NCBI GenBank assembly: GCA_012295275.1
Contig: CM022670.1
Coordinates: 27,652,001 to 27,716,000, forward strand
Direction: 5' to 3'
DNA: 64,000 nt
From: Chrysomallon squamiferum
Taxonomy: Eukaryota > Animalia > Mollusca
Within the stretch, counting starts at the first letter, position 1; the number at the start of each line of letters is the position of its first letter. The notes beneath the pieces were generated by a model that was given only the letters and a program-made list of their open reading frames with translations, searched no databases and was not told the DNA's origin. Of the stretch, positions 51,365 through 64,000 are shown piece by piece. A program made the translations under genes and the position numbers.

Positions 51365-53282
51365 ATGGATAATAGCAGCAAAAAACTACGCAAAGGAAAC
51401 CCATCAAAACACAGTGATGTCGAGAGGAATCCATGTCAAAAGGTTAACCATATTATCACTCGGTTTTTAAAAAAACAGCAGTATATAGATACCGACTGAG
51501 AAAAGATGATCGTTACAAAGTCACGTTTATTGTAGACAGAGAATAATACTATTAATATTAATCACTGTTCCATATTTAAAACACTATTTTCACATTCATA
51601 TATCAAAAACATTCAAATTACATATCAGATTTTTAGGACAGTTAATTGTTATTGTTTTTTTAAGTCATAAAATTAGTTTTATCAATTTATGATTATGAAT
51701 TAGGTAACTGATAGTGATACACTATACAGATAGTAACATCATAGTTACTGAGTTAGGGTGATAATATAATTTCATGCAATAAAATCTAATATCTCTGCAG
51801 ATTATTTTTTATTGTGGTTATTAGTAATAAGATACCAATCATTTTAAAATATTTGAGTATATTTATTTATTTTATTATTATTATTTTTTTTTTACTGAAC
51901 ATAACACATTTTTATTCAGAGGAAATTACACTTTATCGTAATATCTAATTACAAATGACATTTTTTGGCAAGAAAGTATTAATAAATTTGGAATGTAATT
52001 ATTTCAAATAGCTACAATCAACGCAAGTTTATTTGTTTATACAAAGGTCATTGCAGAGAACTAAGGCTGGAGTATCAATTCAGGCCTATCTTGGTATGAA
52101 GTGACTTCAGAAAGACATCATTAGATTAACTGGATGATTACATTTCATAGAAAATAACTACCAACCCATGACAAGCAATAGGGCTATAATTTGGTTCTGT
52201 AATTTTGATGGAAATTTGTGGATAAGTGATAAATAAGCATGATGCAATAAAGTAATAGCAAATTTTAAATGTAATAGTACGTGTCAATTTTTTTTTTTTC
52301 ATTTATAGTTTATATTCCCAATCTGTAATTACTGATGTTATTTATTATGGTACTTCTATTCTGGAGATTTCTTGACCTTTAATATACCTATACATATACA
52401 TATATATATATAGGTATAGAACAATGTATTTATATATATATATATATTTACTGTAAACACACACTAAGTAAAGTAATGACCTTAAAGTGCTGAAAAGTAA
52501 AATAAACCTTTTAATTTTATTTGGGATGTCTTTTTATTTTAAAAAATAACATATTTATTATTTTTATTTTTTATTTTTTTTTTTTATTATTTTAATTCTT
52601 CTCACTTTTTTATAAACATTTTTTATTGAAAATTATTTTCCAGGATTATTGACTTCATGAAACATGAATGTAAAAATTGGTCATGTTTAATAATCATATA
52701 AAATTGTTAATTTTATTTTCAGGAACATGAGAAATCATTAGCATGCTTGAGTGACAATGCCTATGACAGGGACAAATGTTCTAAAACTTTTCAGAATTAC
52801 AAAAATTGTCGTGATTTTTGGGTAAGATCATTTTCCGTTTACCTGTATGAATAGTTTTTTGAAACAAAGTTAGTTACTTTTTCATGTTTATTAAAACCAA
52901 ATATTTCACAAATTAAAGATTTTCTTTCTTTTTTCTTTCATTCTTTATTTATTGTATTTATTATTATTATTATTATTATTTTTTTTTTTTTTTTTTTTGT
53001 AGAAATATAACATTAGATTCCTAATAGTTGAATTTTATAGCAATTAAATAATCAGTTATTCATTAATAACACATACACATACAGTATGCAATACTTTATG
53101 TACTGTACAGACAAAAATTACTAAGGATTCTTTAACATGTAATTAATTTATTCATTTTTAAAATGTTTCAGCATAATGTAAAACAGGATAGAATGAAAAG
53201 AGGCATAACTCCCCATCTACCTTTACCTGAAGATAGAGATGCAGTAAAAAAAGAATACAAAAAATGGATGCCTTGGGCGTGA
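51365..53282 (+). CDS. CHCHD7: Twin CX9C mitochondrial intermembrane-space protein CHCHD7 (COX23 homolog), 95 aa. Exons 51365-51442, 52723-52821, 53172-53282
   Basis: MDNSSKKLRKGNPSKHSDVERNPCQK|EHEKSLACLSDNAYDRDKCSKTFQNYKNCRDFW|HNVKQDRMKRGITPHLPLPEDRDAVKKEYKKWMPWA* contains two CX9C motifs and matches CHCHD7 as I recall it (NPC..E...S..CL..N.YDR..C...F..YKNCR.FW....RR.G..P..P...ER). Confidence 0.93.
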
Positions 53283-55096
53283 TGAAAACATATTTAGGAA
53301 ACTAGTTGCACTTTCTTTTTATCTTTATTTTTAATTATTATTATTGTACACTTTGTATGAATGAAATGGCAACTAGTAGAATGGTGTGGCTAAAATTGTG
53401 ATAAGTGGAACTAATTGTAGAAAACCTAAACACTAATGTGAGCATCAAAGAGAGATATTATGTGTTCAGGTTATCTAAATATATTATGTACATATTTAAG
53501 TAACTAATAACTTTTTAGTTAGACTTTTTCAAAAGGAAGGCATGACCAACATAAAATAGAACACAAATTATTTTTAGTTTTAATTTTCAGATTATATATT
53601 TATCTAACAGTTTCACTGGTGAGAATGTTCATACAAGACTTACAAAGTAAATAATATGTAGCTGTTGTCTCCCATGCCACATTCTAGTGCTATCTGAGTG
53701 AAATGATAGCTATTTTTAGAAATATAGCTATTCATGTTTATTGTGTATGCAGAATATGTTGTGCAGTATTTTTTAACTTGACATTAACACATGTACATGA
53801 GTAACAGTCAGATCAATAAACAATGATAAAAAAAGAACTGTTTTGTTTTAATAAACTTGTAACAGAGCATGTGATGGGATCCAGATATAACAAGTACTTA
53901 ATTTGATTAAGCTTTAGAATTTTTGTTGTTTTGTTGTTGTTTTAATTTGTTTTAATTTGTACTTTTTTCTTAATTTTTTTTAAATTTAGAATTATACTAA
54001 ATTTTGTTTTCTAAATATAAGCATAGTTGTTTGGTGTATACTTTTATTTTTTTCAATTTAAAATATTCTATTTGAAAAATGATAACATAACTAAAACATT
54101 AACATACTATTATATTGTGTCTTTGTTGTTTTTAAATATAAAAAATGATAGTGATGATAATTTAGATTGGATTCCTACCCCACCTAACTATCCTCATTTG
54201 TTAATCTCGGAGAAATATCTGAATCATGAGATATCAAAAATCATAAATAAATCTTAACATCGATTCCAGAAAAATGTGATGTAATATGTGTTCCAGGTCA
54301 TTTTGTTGAACTACACTGTAAGTTTAAATTTATAACTAACTAACTTAATTATATTTAAATGACCGTTAAACTTGCAGAAAAAACCCCAACAAAACAAACA
54401 ACAAACAAACAACTATAACTTCAATACTGAATACTTTATGAAAATTAGTTTATACTGGCTGTTTAAGACTTGTAAAAATGGCTATTTCGGGAAAATATCT
54501 ACGAACTGATAAAAAGTTTACAATGGCTTAAAACTTTTGTTTATAAAATAATTTAAATAGATAAGTTTCGAAAATTTTATGTATGGCTTGATAGGTATTA
54601 GATCGACATATGGACCATTCTTGAACATAAATTATGATTCAAAAGTATTAAAACAGTGCCAGAATTTTTGAAAAATACTCGGATTGGCATTATAAATCAG
54701 TCATCTTGCCAAAAAGAACATAAAACTGATCGGTGCTGCTTTGGTGTGATCTATACGTCACCAAAGTTTCTTGCATTTCCAGCAGATATACGCTCAGTTC
54801 ATCTATAAAATTATTCAGATTTGTATACTTTTCAGCACTTGTTAATATAAATTATAAATATACAATAAAAAACCAAGAATAAACAAAATAATAATTAAAA
54901 GAAGCGAGTAGAATTTGCTCGGTGTAGATCAGACGCCAAAGAAGCACCAGCTGATTTATGACTAAGCGCAAAATTGAATCATTTTGTGTGTGTGTATATA
55001 TATATATAATCTTCAGAATGATAAAAACTAATTACACTAAAACATTGTGCAAATTTTTAAAATGGCTAATTCAGGTTTACAATAAAACATCTAAAA

Positions 55097-55225
55097 CAGT
55101 GGTTCTCAAACTTGTTGAAGTCAGGGCACATTTGAAGCCTTACAAAAAACTGCGGGCACACTACACACAAAATGCTAAGAACTATAATGCAAAATGAAAA
55201 AAAATACACCCGTTGAGAACTACTG
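55097..55225. mobile_element. hAT-Charlie-type MITE, 129 bp
   Basis: TIRs CAGTGGTTCTCAA and TTGAGAACTACTG; 8-bp TSD ATCTAAAA / ATCGAAAA (one mismatch). Confidence 0.8.
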
Positions 55226-56063
55226 ATCGAAAAGTATGGTTTGACTCTAGTGTGCCCATCGTCCACTGGAATCGCTACCCTTCTTAATAATGGCGTCCCA
55301 CAGTAAAATGTCAAACGGATCCTACCATCATTAGGTATAAATGCAACAATAGAAATGTTTCGTAATTTCCCCGTTCCCAAAATAAATCTTGAAGTGGAAG
55401 TATTTGAAATATGAACACTTCACGGTAATTATGGAACAATGACACTGAGCATATTTAGATTTATTACCATTTTTATTCAATTTTTCCGATTACTTTTTAA
55501 TTTATTCCTTTATTCCTTTGATGGCAATCGTTTGTTAGGTGGTTTTTTTTTTTTGGGGGGGGGTTGTGTTTTTTTTTTTATTGTGTTTCAACTTTGTTGT
55601 AACATTCCGACGTGAACATCTAAATTTGATGTTTAATAATTATATATAATACTTTAATAGTTTGTAAAATTAACTTAAATATGACGTACATACCGAAACA
55701 TAGAAAAAAAAAAAGAAAAGAAGGAATAAACAGAACACACACAAAACAAAACAGACTAAACTGTAATCAATTTCAAATTATAACATAACAAGTCGATTTG
55801 TATGTTATGCTAATTAGTAATAATTTAAAAGGAAAAAAAATAAAATAATTTTTAATATTAATAATGATTATACTACAAATTCATTATTCAATTTTTTACC
55901 AACAATGAAAATTTTGTAACTACTTGTTTAGCTTTTGCGTAATGAAATTATATTTACATTTCCTTCAAAACATTCATAAAATAAATTTAAAAATCAAAAA
56001 CATTTTAATTAAAAGAAAAACAGCGCATCGTTTTGTAACGATACTGTACCTATGATTTCGTTT

Positions 56064-56140
56064 ACTTCCGCTTTCTTCGGGAGAATTAATATGACGTCAA
56101 CAATTTAAACAATTCGTAACTCGTTGTTCGCTAGGTAAGC
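56064..56140 (+). promoter_or_regulatory. Promoter-like cluster (ETS, CRE) followed by a strong 5' splice donor
   Basis: ACTTCCG (56064-56070), TGACGTCA (56092-56099) and CTAG|GTAAGC (donor at 56135). Candidate acceptor TCTTACAG at 56581. Confidence 0.45.
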
Positions 56141-56478
56141 GGCAGGTCTGTCAATGTTTGCAAAATTGTTTGAAATTTCCATTTCCTATAACTATTCTAG
56201 GGCATCGTCAATAAGTAATTTAAATTTTATTTTATTTTTTATTTTTCAAGATATTTTTCAAAATATTATTCAACTTGGATTTAAGAGTCAGGAAATAAAT
56301 TAATTTTCTAACTTGGTATTTTGACAAACTGGGCATTAAATATTACCACACACACATACATATTTGTTACAATTCCGCTAACGCTCCTAATATTTCAAAG
56401 TAATAATTATTTATAATAGTAATAACACAAGACAATTAATTTTAGTAACACATAAAGAAATTAAAAAGACATAACAAG

Positions 56479-56510
<32 letters not shown>

Positions 56511-56529
56511 GAAAGAAAAAGTAAATAAA

Positions 56530-56560
<31 letters not shown>

Positions 56561-57816
56561 TCTCTCTCCTTCGTCTTACAGGTGTTTGCTAAAATTAAAT
56601 GAATTAAAATTATTTTAAAAATTTAATTTTGTTCATAAATTTTTTTATTACTAACACAGTTAATCTTTTGTAAGAAATAGAAGAATTAAAAATATATATA
56701 TACATATTTTATAAAAGACAAAACAATAATTTTTGAGTTACTAACACAAGTAATACATTTGTAACAATTTAAAAAAGAAAAAAAGGTTCTATTGTTTGTT
56801 TTTAAAAATGAAATAAAACCAATTATAAAGCCATTTGGTTGTTTGTTTTTACTATTTTCTCTTAACAATTAAAATATTAAGTGAAATAAAAATAGTTTTT
56901 AAAATCTTTTTTTTCTTGATTTTTACTAAATAATAATCAGTTAAAACTAACTGTTAAAACAACATTGTGTTTTGTTTTCATTCCGACTTTCTACAACACT
57001 AACACAGGAAGTAGTATAGATAAAACATGTATTATCGTTTTTGTTACATCTGTTGCATAAAATAATTTATCCTATGGGACTGTTACCAAAGGCATAAACT
57101 ATTTTTTCATCAAAAATGTCTAGATAATGTTCCAATATATTAGACTGTTTATAATATGCGACTTAAAGTTAAACGTTTTGGTTATAATTCATGTAAGTGC
57201 AAAAAATAAGTTCCATCACAGTCGAAGATCCAAGCTGGGGTAAATTTCTTTGTAATTTGTAATAGTGTTGTTGGTATATTTCAACACAGAAAACTATTAA
57301 TGATGGAGTTTTATTTAAAACTAGAACCCTTGATCCACCAGTGATATTTTGTAAAAAGTTTGTTTAAAGCATTTTAATTGCCAACCTTTTGCTTGTACAC
57401 AATTCGTAATTTATTATAATAATTCTCTCATTTATATATTCATAAAATGATACAGACTTCAAACTGAGTTTAGTAAATAGTTTGTTTCCCTGGATTTATT
57501 AAAGACAAATTCTATATCTATATTCTATTCCAAACGGTAGGGGACAATTACCGATTCAAATTCCGGCAATTTGGTTTATATTGTGCCGACGGATAGACCG
57601 ACTTTTTATGGAAATTTATACTGGTGTTTATATCTATGTACAATTTTAAATAAATCATCCCTTCTGCATCTCCTCTTAAACAAAGATTCTCCATACGGTC
57701 GTATTTTCAATCGATAAATTATCTAAAATATAAATCCCAACATAACAAAATGTTCTATGTTGCTGAAAGTCAGTGATGCAAAAATCCGTTATGGACTGAA
57801 CATATTATTATTATTA

Positions 57817-57858
<42 letters not shown>

Positions 57859-58469
57859 TTGGTTTATTTTAAAGCCACGGATTTTTAAGATAACAAAGGA
57901 ATGAAATATTAGCCAGCCTGAATCAATATTACGATTTATTCTCAATTCTTCATACTATAATAGTAGAAAACACATACTTTTATAGCTACTAGTCATTCTT
58001 ATGTCAAAATGAACAAGCTAATGGTAACTCTGGTGATCATTAGGAGAAAAAAAAAAAAAAAAAAAAAAAATGTAATTAATTTTCACAAGCCAAAAATAAG
58101 ACGGTAACGCATTAATGTTTTTTTTTTTTCAAGAGTCCGTGGTTACCAAAAATTGAAAAAGCTGATATTTGAATTTATGAAGCATGTTTTGAAGTGGCTA
58201 TATAAAAATAAAAATAAAGTATATTACAAGGAACATTTCTTAACTGAACTTAGGAACCATAATATTAATAACAATATATACATGTATCAAAAACAGTCCT
58301 GGTAAAATTTTGTGTGCATAATATTATTTTTATACGTTACTTTTCTCAGTTGTTTGGTTATCACACTATGTTAAAGTCCACGCGGAACTACGCAACAATC
58401 ACGGACATTGGTCTACAAAATACACTTCCGGTTTATTTCCTGGTAAGAAAACTGGGTATAATTATAGGC

Positions 58470-60493
58470 ATGAATTTGTGTCACGATCGTCAGGACGACA
58501 GATTTGTGCATTTTCTCAATTATGATTTTAAAAACGATGATAGGTTTCAGCAAGGAATCAAAAAGTTAGCTAACTGTAGTTTGAAAGATGAAGATTGCGA
58601 AGAGTATTTGAATGCAAAGTTATTTTACTACTCAAAGTTAGTATCCTCAACAAGCACGGATTATTGATTTATTATTTATAGAATTTGTACAAAAGTCTCG
58701 TATTATAATAAATTTGATAATAACCATTTTGGTTTCACTTATATAAAGAGATGATGATAATCACAACAAAAACAATTAAAATAATACTGATTAGAAAGGG
58801 GCAAGTAACACTTAAACAGATTGTTTATTCATTTAATTTGGGATGTAAAACGAACAGCATATATTGTGCACTTCTATACAAACAATCAAACACAAACTCA
58901 TAAATAAATAGCCAATGCATTACCCGTATATAAAGTTGAACCTCATTTGATTATTTTTCTTAATATTTAAAAAGTCTGAATCTATTCAATGTATTTTTAG
59001 TGTTTTTCTGTTGGTAGTTTTCTACAACGTTTAGAAGCAGGAACATTTGTTTAATCATTAATCTAAACCAGTGGTTCCCAACCTTTTTTGCTGCATGCCC
59101 AACCTCAACATCTGAAAAACGTTTATGTCCCCCTTTGATATAACAACAAACTGAGTTTGGAAAAGTGTAATTACAAATTGTTCGTAGGTGCCGCCAGATA
59201 TACACTAACATGTAGACCCAGTGTAACTGGAAGTTTGGTTGTATTATATCACTTTCAAACTGCCCCCCCCCCCCGTGAGGTGTGCTGGGAATCACTCCTC
59301 TAAACAAATAGTTTGTTACAAAATTATTTTACTGTTGTTTAATTTATCACTGGGCAGTAACAACATGATTGTAATGCTTGATAAATAAAATTATTGATAT
59401 TATTATTATTATTGACTACTTTGTATAAACAGACAACATGCTTTTTAAAATTGGCCTTGTTGAAATTTTGTGTTCTATGTACTTTTTATTTCAGAGGTAA
59501 ATGTAGCTGAGGACATAACAAATGATGTTTTTTATTTTTGTTGCATCAAGAGTTTTCTCCCTTGCAGCATAATCGTTTTACCTTATGAAGAAAAAACATT
59601 TTTTTTTTTTTTTTTTTTTTTTAGCAATATATTCTTCCCCCCAAAAAGATTATTTTATTTTCAGATATTTTGTACCAATCAGTCGACAAGAATTTGTGGA
59701 CTGGAAAATGAAATCTGAAAGTGCAGGTTGTAATTAACTTCAACTGATTATTTTCTGTCATTCATTTACACAAAATGATACATTTTTTAAAAATTTAGTA
59801 CTTTCATCAGTTTGTCTATATTTAATAATAACAATAATAATAATAATAATAATAATTACAACAACAACAATTCAGTTCTTAAGAAAAAAACAATTATCAG
59901 TATTGCATGACTTAAGTTTTGAGAACAAAAACATTAATATGTTAATGCTTCATAATAATAGTGAAACCTTTTTGCATTGTTAGTAAAAATTAAATAACCT
60001 TAGATAATCATTATATATTTTATAAAATTTTTGCCTAATTCCAGACATAGTACACTGTGAAGAAGAAGATTTTGAAACATGTTCTAAAAGAGATTTCACC
60101 AATGAGTCATCTGTGGAAAAAGAAAATATAACAGAAAACAATCAAATTGGTACGAGTTTGGACATTATGCATTCTAATAATATCTCTGGATGTCAACAAA
60201 GCTTAAGTGAGAATCTTTCAGATAAATGTGTCATTCAAAATACACCAGAACAAAGTGAAACATCTAGTCATGATTGTAAACCGGAAGAACCCAAAAATCC
60301 AGAAGATTGTCCTCACAGTTTTTGTGAGCTGGTGGAACTCATTCGATGTGGAAAGCCCATACCTGGTCTAGTACAAATTAAAATGGAACCAACTAACGCA
60401 GCACTAACCCCTTCAACAATAAACAGAATAAAAAAACCTTGGGAAAAATCACCAGAAAATTTAAAGAAACAAAATAATCCAGCTGACAAATAA
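58470..60493 (+). CDS. PEX39: PEX39/C6orf226-like peroxin (KPWE-motif protein), 225 aa. Exons 58470-58636, 59665-59726, 60045-60493
   Basis: The N-terminus F..YDFKNDDRFQQGI...LNAKLFYYSK|YFVPISRQEFVDWK and the C-terminus PHSFCELVELIRCGKPIPGLVQI...PT...TPS...RIKKPWEK match the architecture of the C6orf226/YJR012C (PEX39) family. ETS-like ACTTCCGG lies just upstream (about 58424-58431). Confidence 0.8.
59069..59297. mobile_element. hAT-Charlie-type MITE, about 229 bp, in PEX39-like intron 1
   Basis: TIRs CAGTGGTTCCCAAC and GCTGGGAATCACTC (degenerate); 8-bp TSD ATCTAAAC / CTCTAAAC. Confidence 0.75.
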
Positions 60494-61139
60494 TGATTAT
60501 TGTTTCGATAATTGTTATTGTTATTGAAATTGCTTGACCAAATTAATTTTAAAATTTTGAAATTTTTAGGTAATACTTTAAAATTATTTTATGTAATTTG
60601 TTAATGAAATGTGAAGCATCGATATGAATAAATGACTAAAAATCATTTAAAAATTTTAAAAGATATTAAAAATACAGGCTAAAGAAAAGATGTTTTATTT
60701 TATCAGTATATACCAGACTGAAAATTATTGACTATTTGATCAGACAAGGACATATTTGAGAGGTGCTGTTGCTGATAACATATTATGAATAATTTAATGT
60801 TTGGATGTCTGTCTATACAGATGTAGAAATTTCCCTTTTTTTATGAAAAGGTTTACTGCTAGCCTAAATTTAAAAGCTGATAAAAATGTGCCTGAATTTT
60901 TTATAGAAATGTTCAAATTATGCATGTAGGAATTTAAAGTATACACCTCTTCCAACTAAAATATTCACATTATGAGTATAGTTATTTCTATTTCTATAAC
61001 TATACTAATTTTATCTTAAAATGTCCATTTGTTTTTTGCTGTCAAAGCAGTTTCCCCAAACATGTACATATACATCTCTCTTTACACACAAATAGACACA
61101 CAAACACAAATGTTCTCACTCTTAATGCTGCTTTCAGAC

Positions 61140-63930
61140 AAGTATGAATTAAGACTTTCTTCTTTATGTTAATGGTGATAGTGACATACCGGTGACTCCT
61201 GATTCTGTCACACCATGTTGGCATTTGTCTTTTCAATAATATTGTAGCCTATCTGACAGACATCTCGTCAGGACTTTGTTCTTGTTACTGGGAGAAAAAC
61301 AGAAATCAATATGCCTTTTGTAACGGAGCACTTCTGAAGATCAATGGAGATTTTTCCTTGTCTTTAAAAAGATTAATATATGCTGGCCTTTGACACTGAA
61401 AACACAACTCGATTAATGTCAAGTATGATTTAACCAGTGATGATAACCTGCATACCATCCACAGCTAGTTCAAAGCAGTTATTACTGATTAAATATAGAA
61501 ATATACCAGTGCATAAACAGCATGATGACAGAGTAACAAAAAGCAAAAAAAATAAAAAATAAAAAATAATAATTTCAAAGCCAATAAAATATTTTGATTT
61601 TTAAAACCACAAATGCAATAAGAAAAAAAATTAATTGCACTTCAAAAATAATCTTTTTCCATCCAGTAGTTCATGACTTTTATTTCTAAGTTTGTTGTTT
61701 ATTAGACTCACTCTGTTGAAACTTACATAAAAGATTACTTACTGATATGTGTGAAATTTATTATGGTGGCAGTGTTTTTTTTTCTCTTAAAAATCTAAGC
61801 TAATCCTCATTACTATTCAAAAAATAATATAAAAAATTTAAATTTTTATGCTTTTTAAATATATATTAAATATAATTTATTTATTTGTATTATTATTTAT
61901 AATGTTTTAAATATTATGAAGATGTTATATTTTGTAGGATTATTGGTTTTCCCCCACCAAGTTCATGTCCTGTGTCTTTATCACCAACCAAGTCCTTGCT
62001 TAAATAGTGCCATAACTGTTCAATGGTGGAATTAATTGTAACTTAATGGTTAAAAGAATGCCAAAACTTTTCATGTCCATGGGAAGGTTAATATATATAC
62101 TTTCTTGCTATTATTCCCTATCAGCATTGACATTTGGTTTCTTTTCTTTCTTGAGTTTAAAACTTACTCTTTGCAGTAAGGTGTATTGGTGTTAAACAAA
62201 TCATCACTGATCCATTTATTAGTTTCACTGGCAAATCCTGACTTTATCATTTGAAAATAAATCTGAAAGAAAGATTGCAGTGATCTTGAATTGGTAAAAT
62301 ATTTTATTAAGAACTATTGGCAGAAGTGAGATTTATTGAATAAACTTCATTTTATGCATCATCAGACACCATTATAAACTTTCAGGCCAGTGGTAATATT
62401 TGTTTTTAGAAAAACAGTCTGTTTCTTTAATTTATTTTCAAACATATTTTTTGCCCAAATATTTTAATTTGAGCCAAGTAATGATTATTAAAGAAACTGT
62501 GTTAAAAAAAAAAAATTAATTCCTTTCTGATGTATTTTATTAATATTCCATGGCAAAATTAACTACTGAGAACAGATATAACAATATTTTATAATGTTCT
62601 TCGCTTTCTTCTGTCCAAAAAAGCTGAGGTATCGGCAGTGTCAAAAATACTCAAGCTACACAGAAAATGACTTTTAGGGCTCAGTCTTGACAAAATTATG
62701 AGAACATAAGCCAGTCTGTTAGATTTGTTCATTTCTGGTATTTTACTGCATAGGTGTTGAAAGATCCTGTACAAAAATACCAGACATCTTCAATTCTCTG
62801 TTTGAAATTGAGTTTATTTGGTCACATTATTGAGTTTGTCAATTGCCTGTAAGGTCCAAATGTCCTGCAGTTTCCGATGTAATGTAATAAGGGTTGTCTG
62901 GTAAACAGTATTTTGCATGTTAGTGAGGATTGGTAGCCTGAAAGGAGAACTGAGTGGGCCATTTTCACAGATAGGAAAATAGATCTTCTTAGTTGGTGTC
63001 AGCAATTTCTGTAATGTGAACTAAAACACGTCTTTGTTTGACTTTACTTAACAAAGATAAAACTGGTTTAATTTTATTTTGTAAATATTTATAAATGAAT
63101 AAAATTATTAAGCAACAAAAGAAGCATCATTTCTGGGTTTCAAGAGGTTGATTAAGAAATGAATTAAATTAGTCATAGTTAAAAATAATTGAAAAACTGT
63201 TATTTTTAACACTAGCTATTGAGGAAATAAATTAATATTTCACTTTATTCATAAAACAAAAAGTGAATGCTATCATTTTTGTACTATGGTGTAAGAAATA
63301 AAGATACTGTGTTTCAAACGTGAAACCAACCCAAAATGAAAATTCAATTTTTAAAGATTCTTCAGTACAAAAACAATATAATTCAAACCCTTCCAAACTA
63401 TGCAGCTGATTTAACTTCAATACATACTGTCTGTCATAATATCCAGTTTAATATTCATTTTTGTATCCAGTAAGAACAAATAAAGTAAAAAGTTTTTCAA
63501 ATCTGAACATTAGTCACTGTTACCCATCACATTTCAAACACTTATTTTCATTAACGATACAATATATATCAATATTATAAAGAACTTTAAAGTGAAAAGG
63601 AAAATAAATTGTTTTATTTATTACCTGATAGTGACAGCTTGTGATAAATAATTTATTTAGATATATATATATTTATTTATTATTATATTTTTGTTTGTAT
63701 GCATGTCAAAATAGAAGAAATTCACATTATTACATTACTGGACCATTTTCGTAGTTCTGGTCTTAATACCAAGGGGTCACTGATTGAAAACTAACACCAG
63801 GGTCACTTTAAAAAATCAATATCAAACCAGATCACCTGTACTTAAGGAATTATCCAGCTTCAAGACCTGTCCTTGATATGATCTTTGAGTGGGTTTTTAG
63901 GTGGCAGATATTATGATGATCAAAACAGCA
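61140..63930 (-). pseudogene. Decayed multi-exon coding remnant (or spliced lncRNA) converging on the PEX39-like gene
   Basis: Exon-like blocks carry acceptors (TTCACATTACAG before 63008; TCTTTCAG before 62262) and a donor (GA|GTAAGT near 62168). The block 63008-62589 reads in one frame but is interrupted by TAA (62814-62816) and a TGA. I recognise no family. Confidence 0.3.
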
Positions 63931-64000
63931 TGCAAACATTTTTCTTTTTTAATTCAAAATAATTCATTACTTTGCAGAATGATAATGACAAAATAAAATT

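Noticed and set aside
56980-57780. Possible decayed transposase (fragments such as FDCDGTYF and FDEKIVYAFG on the minus strand)
   Set aside because: The motifs are too short and broken to assign to any DDE family, and I found no TIRs.

Overview
AT-rich, intron-containing animal genomic DNA with dense (AAT)n, (CT)n and (CA/TATG)n microsatellites. The style suggests a mollusc, probably a cephalopod (inference). Most entries in the ORF track are microsatellite or antisense artefacts, so I rebuilt the genes by hand from GT-AG junctions and reading-frame continuity. In order, the window holds: the 3' end of PDZD8 (+); ATOX1 (-) head-to-head with acid ceramidase ASAH1 (+); a CNBD2-like cyclic-nucleotide-binding gene (+) with two alternative first coding exons and an intronic Tc1 relic; an orphan 3-TM, Cys-rich protein gene (-); a decayed exon; a PR/SET-domain PLAG-family zinc-finger gene (-) head-to-head with CHCHD7 (+); a PEX39/C6orf226-like gene (+); several MITEs; and a decayed coding remnant at the right end. 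Three observations stand out. (1) A 39-bp, 13-codon minisatellite repeats a 5' splice donor 15 times, nine of them in frame, and could let splicing set the repeat number in the protein. (2) The PLAG-CHCHD7 divergent pair mirrors human PLAG1-CHCHD7, but the PLAG gene here carries a zinc knuckle and a PR/SET domain. (3) Some introns are bracketed by complementary AAT/ATT repeats. Gene identities come from remembered sequence motifs, not from database searches.
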